From IMG/VR virus record IMGVR_UViG_3300017917_003339, positions 1 through 64,000 of that record: a stretch of DNA of 64,000 nucleotides; one strand, written 5' to 3'. The notes under the pieces were generated by a model, which ran no database searches, had not been told where the DNA came from, and saw only the letters and a list, made by a program, of their open reading frames with translations. A program made the position numbers and the translations under genes. Source of the DNA: a virus. Shown in pieces: positions 63,555 through 64,000 of this stretch; position 1 is the stretch's first letter; each line of letters starts with the position of its first letter.

Positions 63555-63872
63555 TTAACCTACCTTGATAAAATCTTCATTATCGATGGCTCTTTCAATC
63601 CATCTGATTAATTCTGAACCCTTGATTTCTGCATCGAATGTGGTTGTACCCAAATCCTCAGCCAATACTAGTGTTGCAATTTTTTCTCTTTCAAAAGAAT
63701 CCATTACAAATGATTTTTGTACAGTTTTGATTGGAAACTGATAGGTTCCATCCAACACATCAACTTTATAATATAGGTTCCCACCTACATAGTGACTAAA
63801 TTTAGCCAGATTCTTTGACTTATACAAGTCTTTTTTAATTTCATTCTTTTCCATTGTTTCACTCTTTATCAT
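63555..63872 (-). CDS. Hypothetical phage protein
   Basis: ORF on coding strand within tRNA array. Confidence 0.6.
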   Translation of the reverse strand: MIKSETMEKNEIKKDLYKSKNLAKFSHYVGGNLYYKVDVLDGTYQFPIKTVQKSFVMDSFEREKIATLVLAEDLGTTTFDAEIKGSELIRWIERAIDNEDFIKVG

Positions 63873-63874
63873 TG

Positions 63875-63945
63875 AGGCGCCGACTGGATTCGAACCAGTG
63901 TACGGGGTTTTGCAGACCCCTGCCTAGCCACTCGGCCACGGCGCC
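63875..63945 (-). tRNA. tRNA-Cys(GCA)
   Basis: GGGGT-CTGCAAA-ACCCC; U73. Confidence 0.92.
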
Positions 63946-63958
63946 ATTGTTATAAAAT

Positions 63959-63989
63959 AAAAAACCCATCTGGTTAGGATGGGCTTTTT
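63959..63989 (-). terminator. Terminator immediately 5' of Cys/Val/Leu tRNA array (candidate attenuator C)
   Basis: GCCCATC-CTAACCA-GATGGGT-TTTTT about 13 nt before tRNA-Cys. Confidence 0.75.
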
Positions 63990-64000
63990 GAGAGATACTT

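Overview
AT-rich 64-kb segment of a large (jumbo-type) bacteriophage genome, almost entirely coded on the minus strand in the standard genetic code. A Bacteroidota host is inferred from a Bacteroidota-type sigma-70 gene and many TAnnTTTG (-7) promoters. The left ~40 kb is an accessory-gene block with translation/RNA genes (smpB, rnr, infC, Thg1, YqeY), an NAD+/ADP-ribose module (Nampt, NMNAT-Nudix, Prs, Sir2, macrodomain, NADAR), phosphoesterases, HADs, DHFR and AAA ATPases. The right ~24 kb holds about 28 canonical tRNA genes in amino-acid-themed arrays, many non-canonical tRNA-like RNAs, three free-standing homing endonucleases and an ABC/OmpA/PspA-like operon. Main discovery: two tRNA arrays are each preceded by an unannotated short leader ORF plus an antiterminator/terminator. 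The first ~18 codons of each leader encode almost only the amino acids of the downstream tRNAs (K/T/Y/Q/P/G and F/A/D/E/I). This suggests ribosome-mediated attenuators that sense tRNA shortage and switch on matching phage tRNAs; a third is predicted just past the window end (C/V/L). Also notable: a family of tRNA-derived RNAs sharing a helix+CAGCA module (including a circularly permuted tRNA-Lys), and endonuclease genes that sit in or beside a tRNA gene and are followed by an intact tRNA of the same type.
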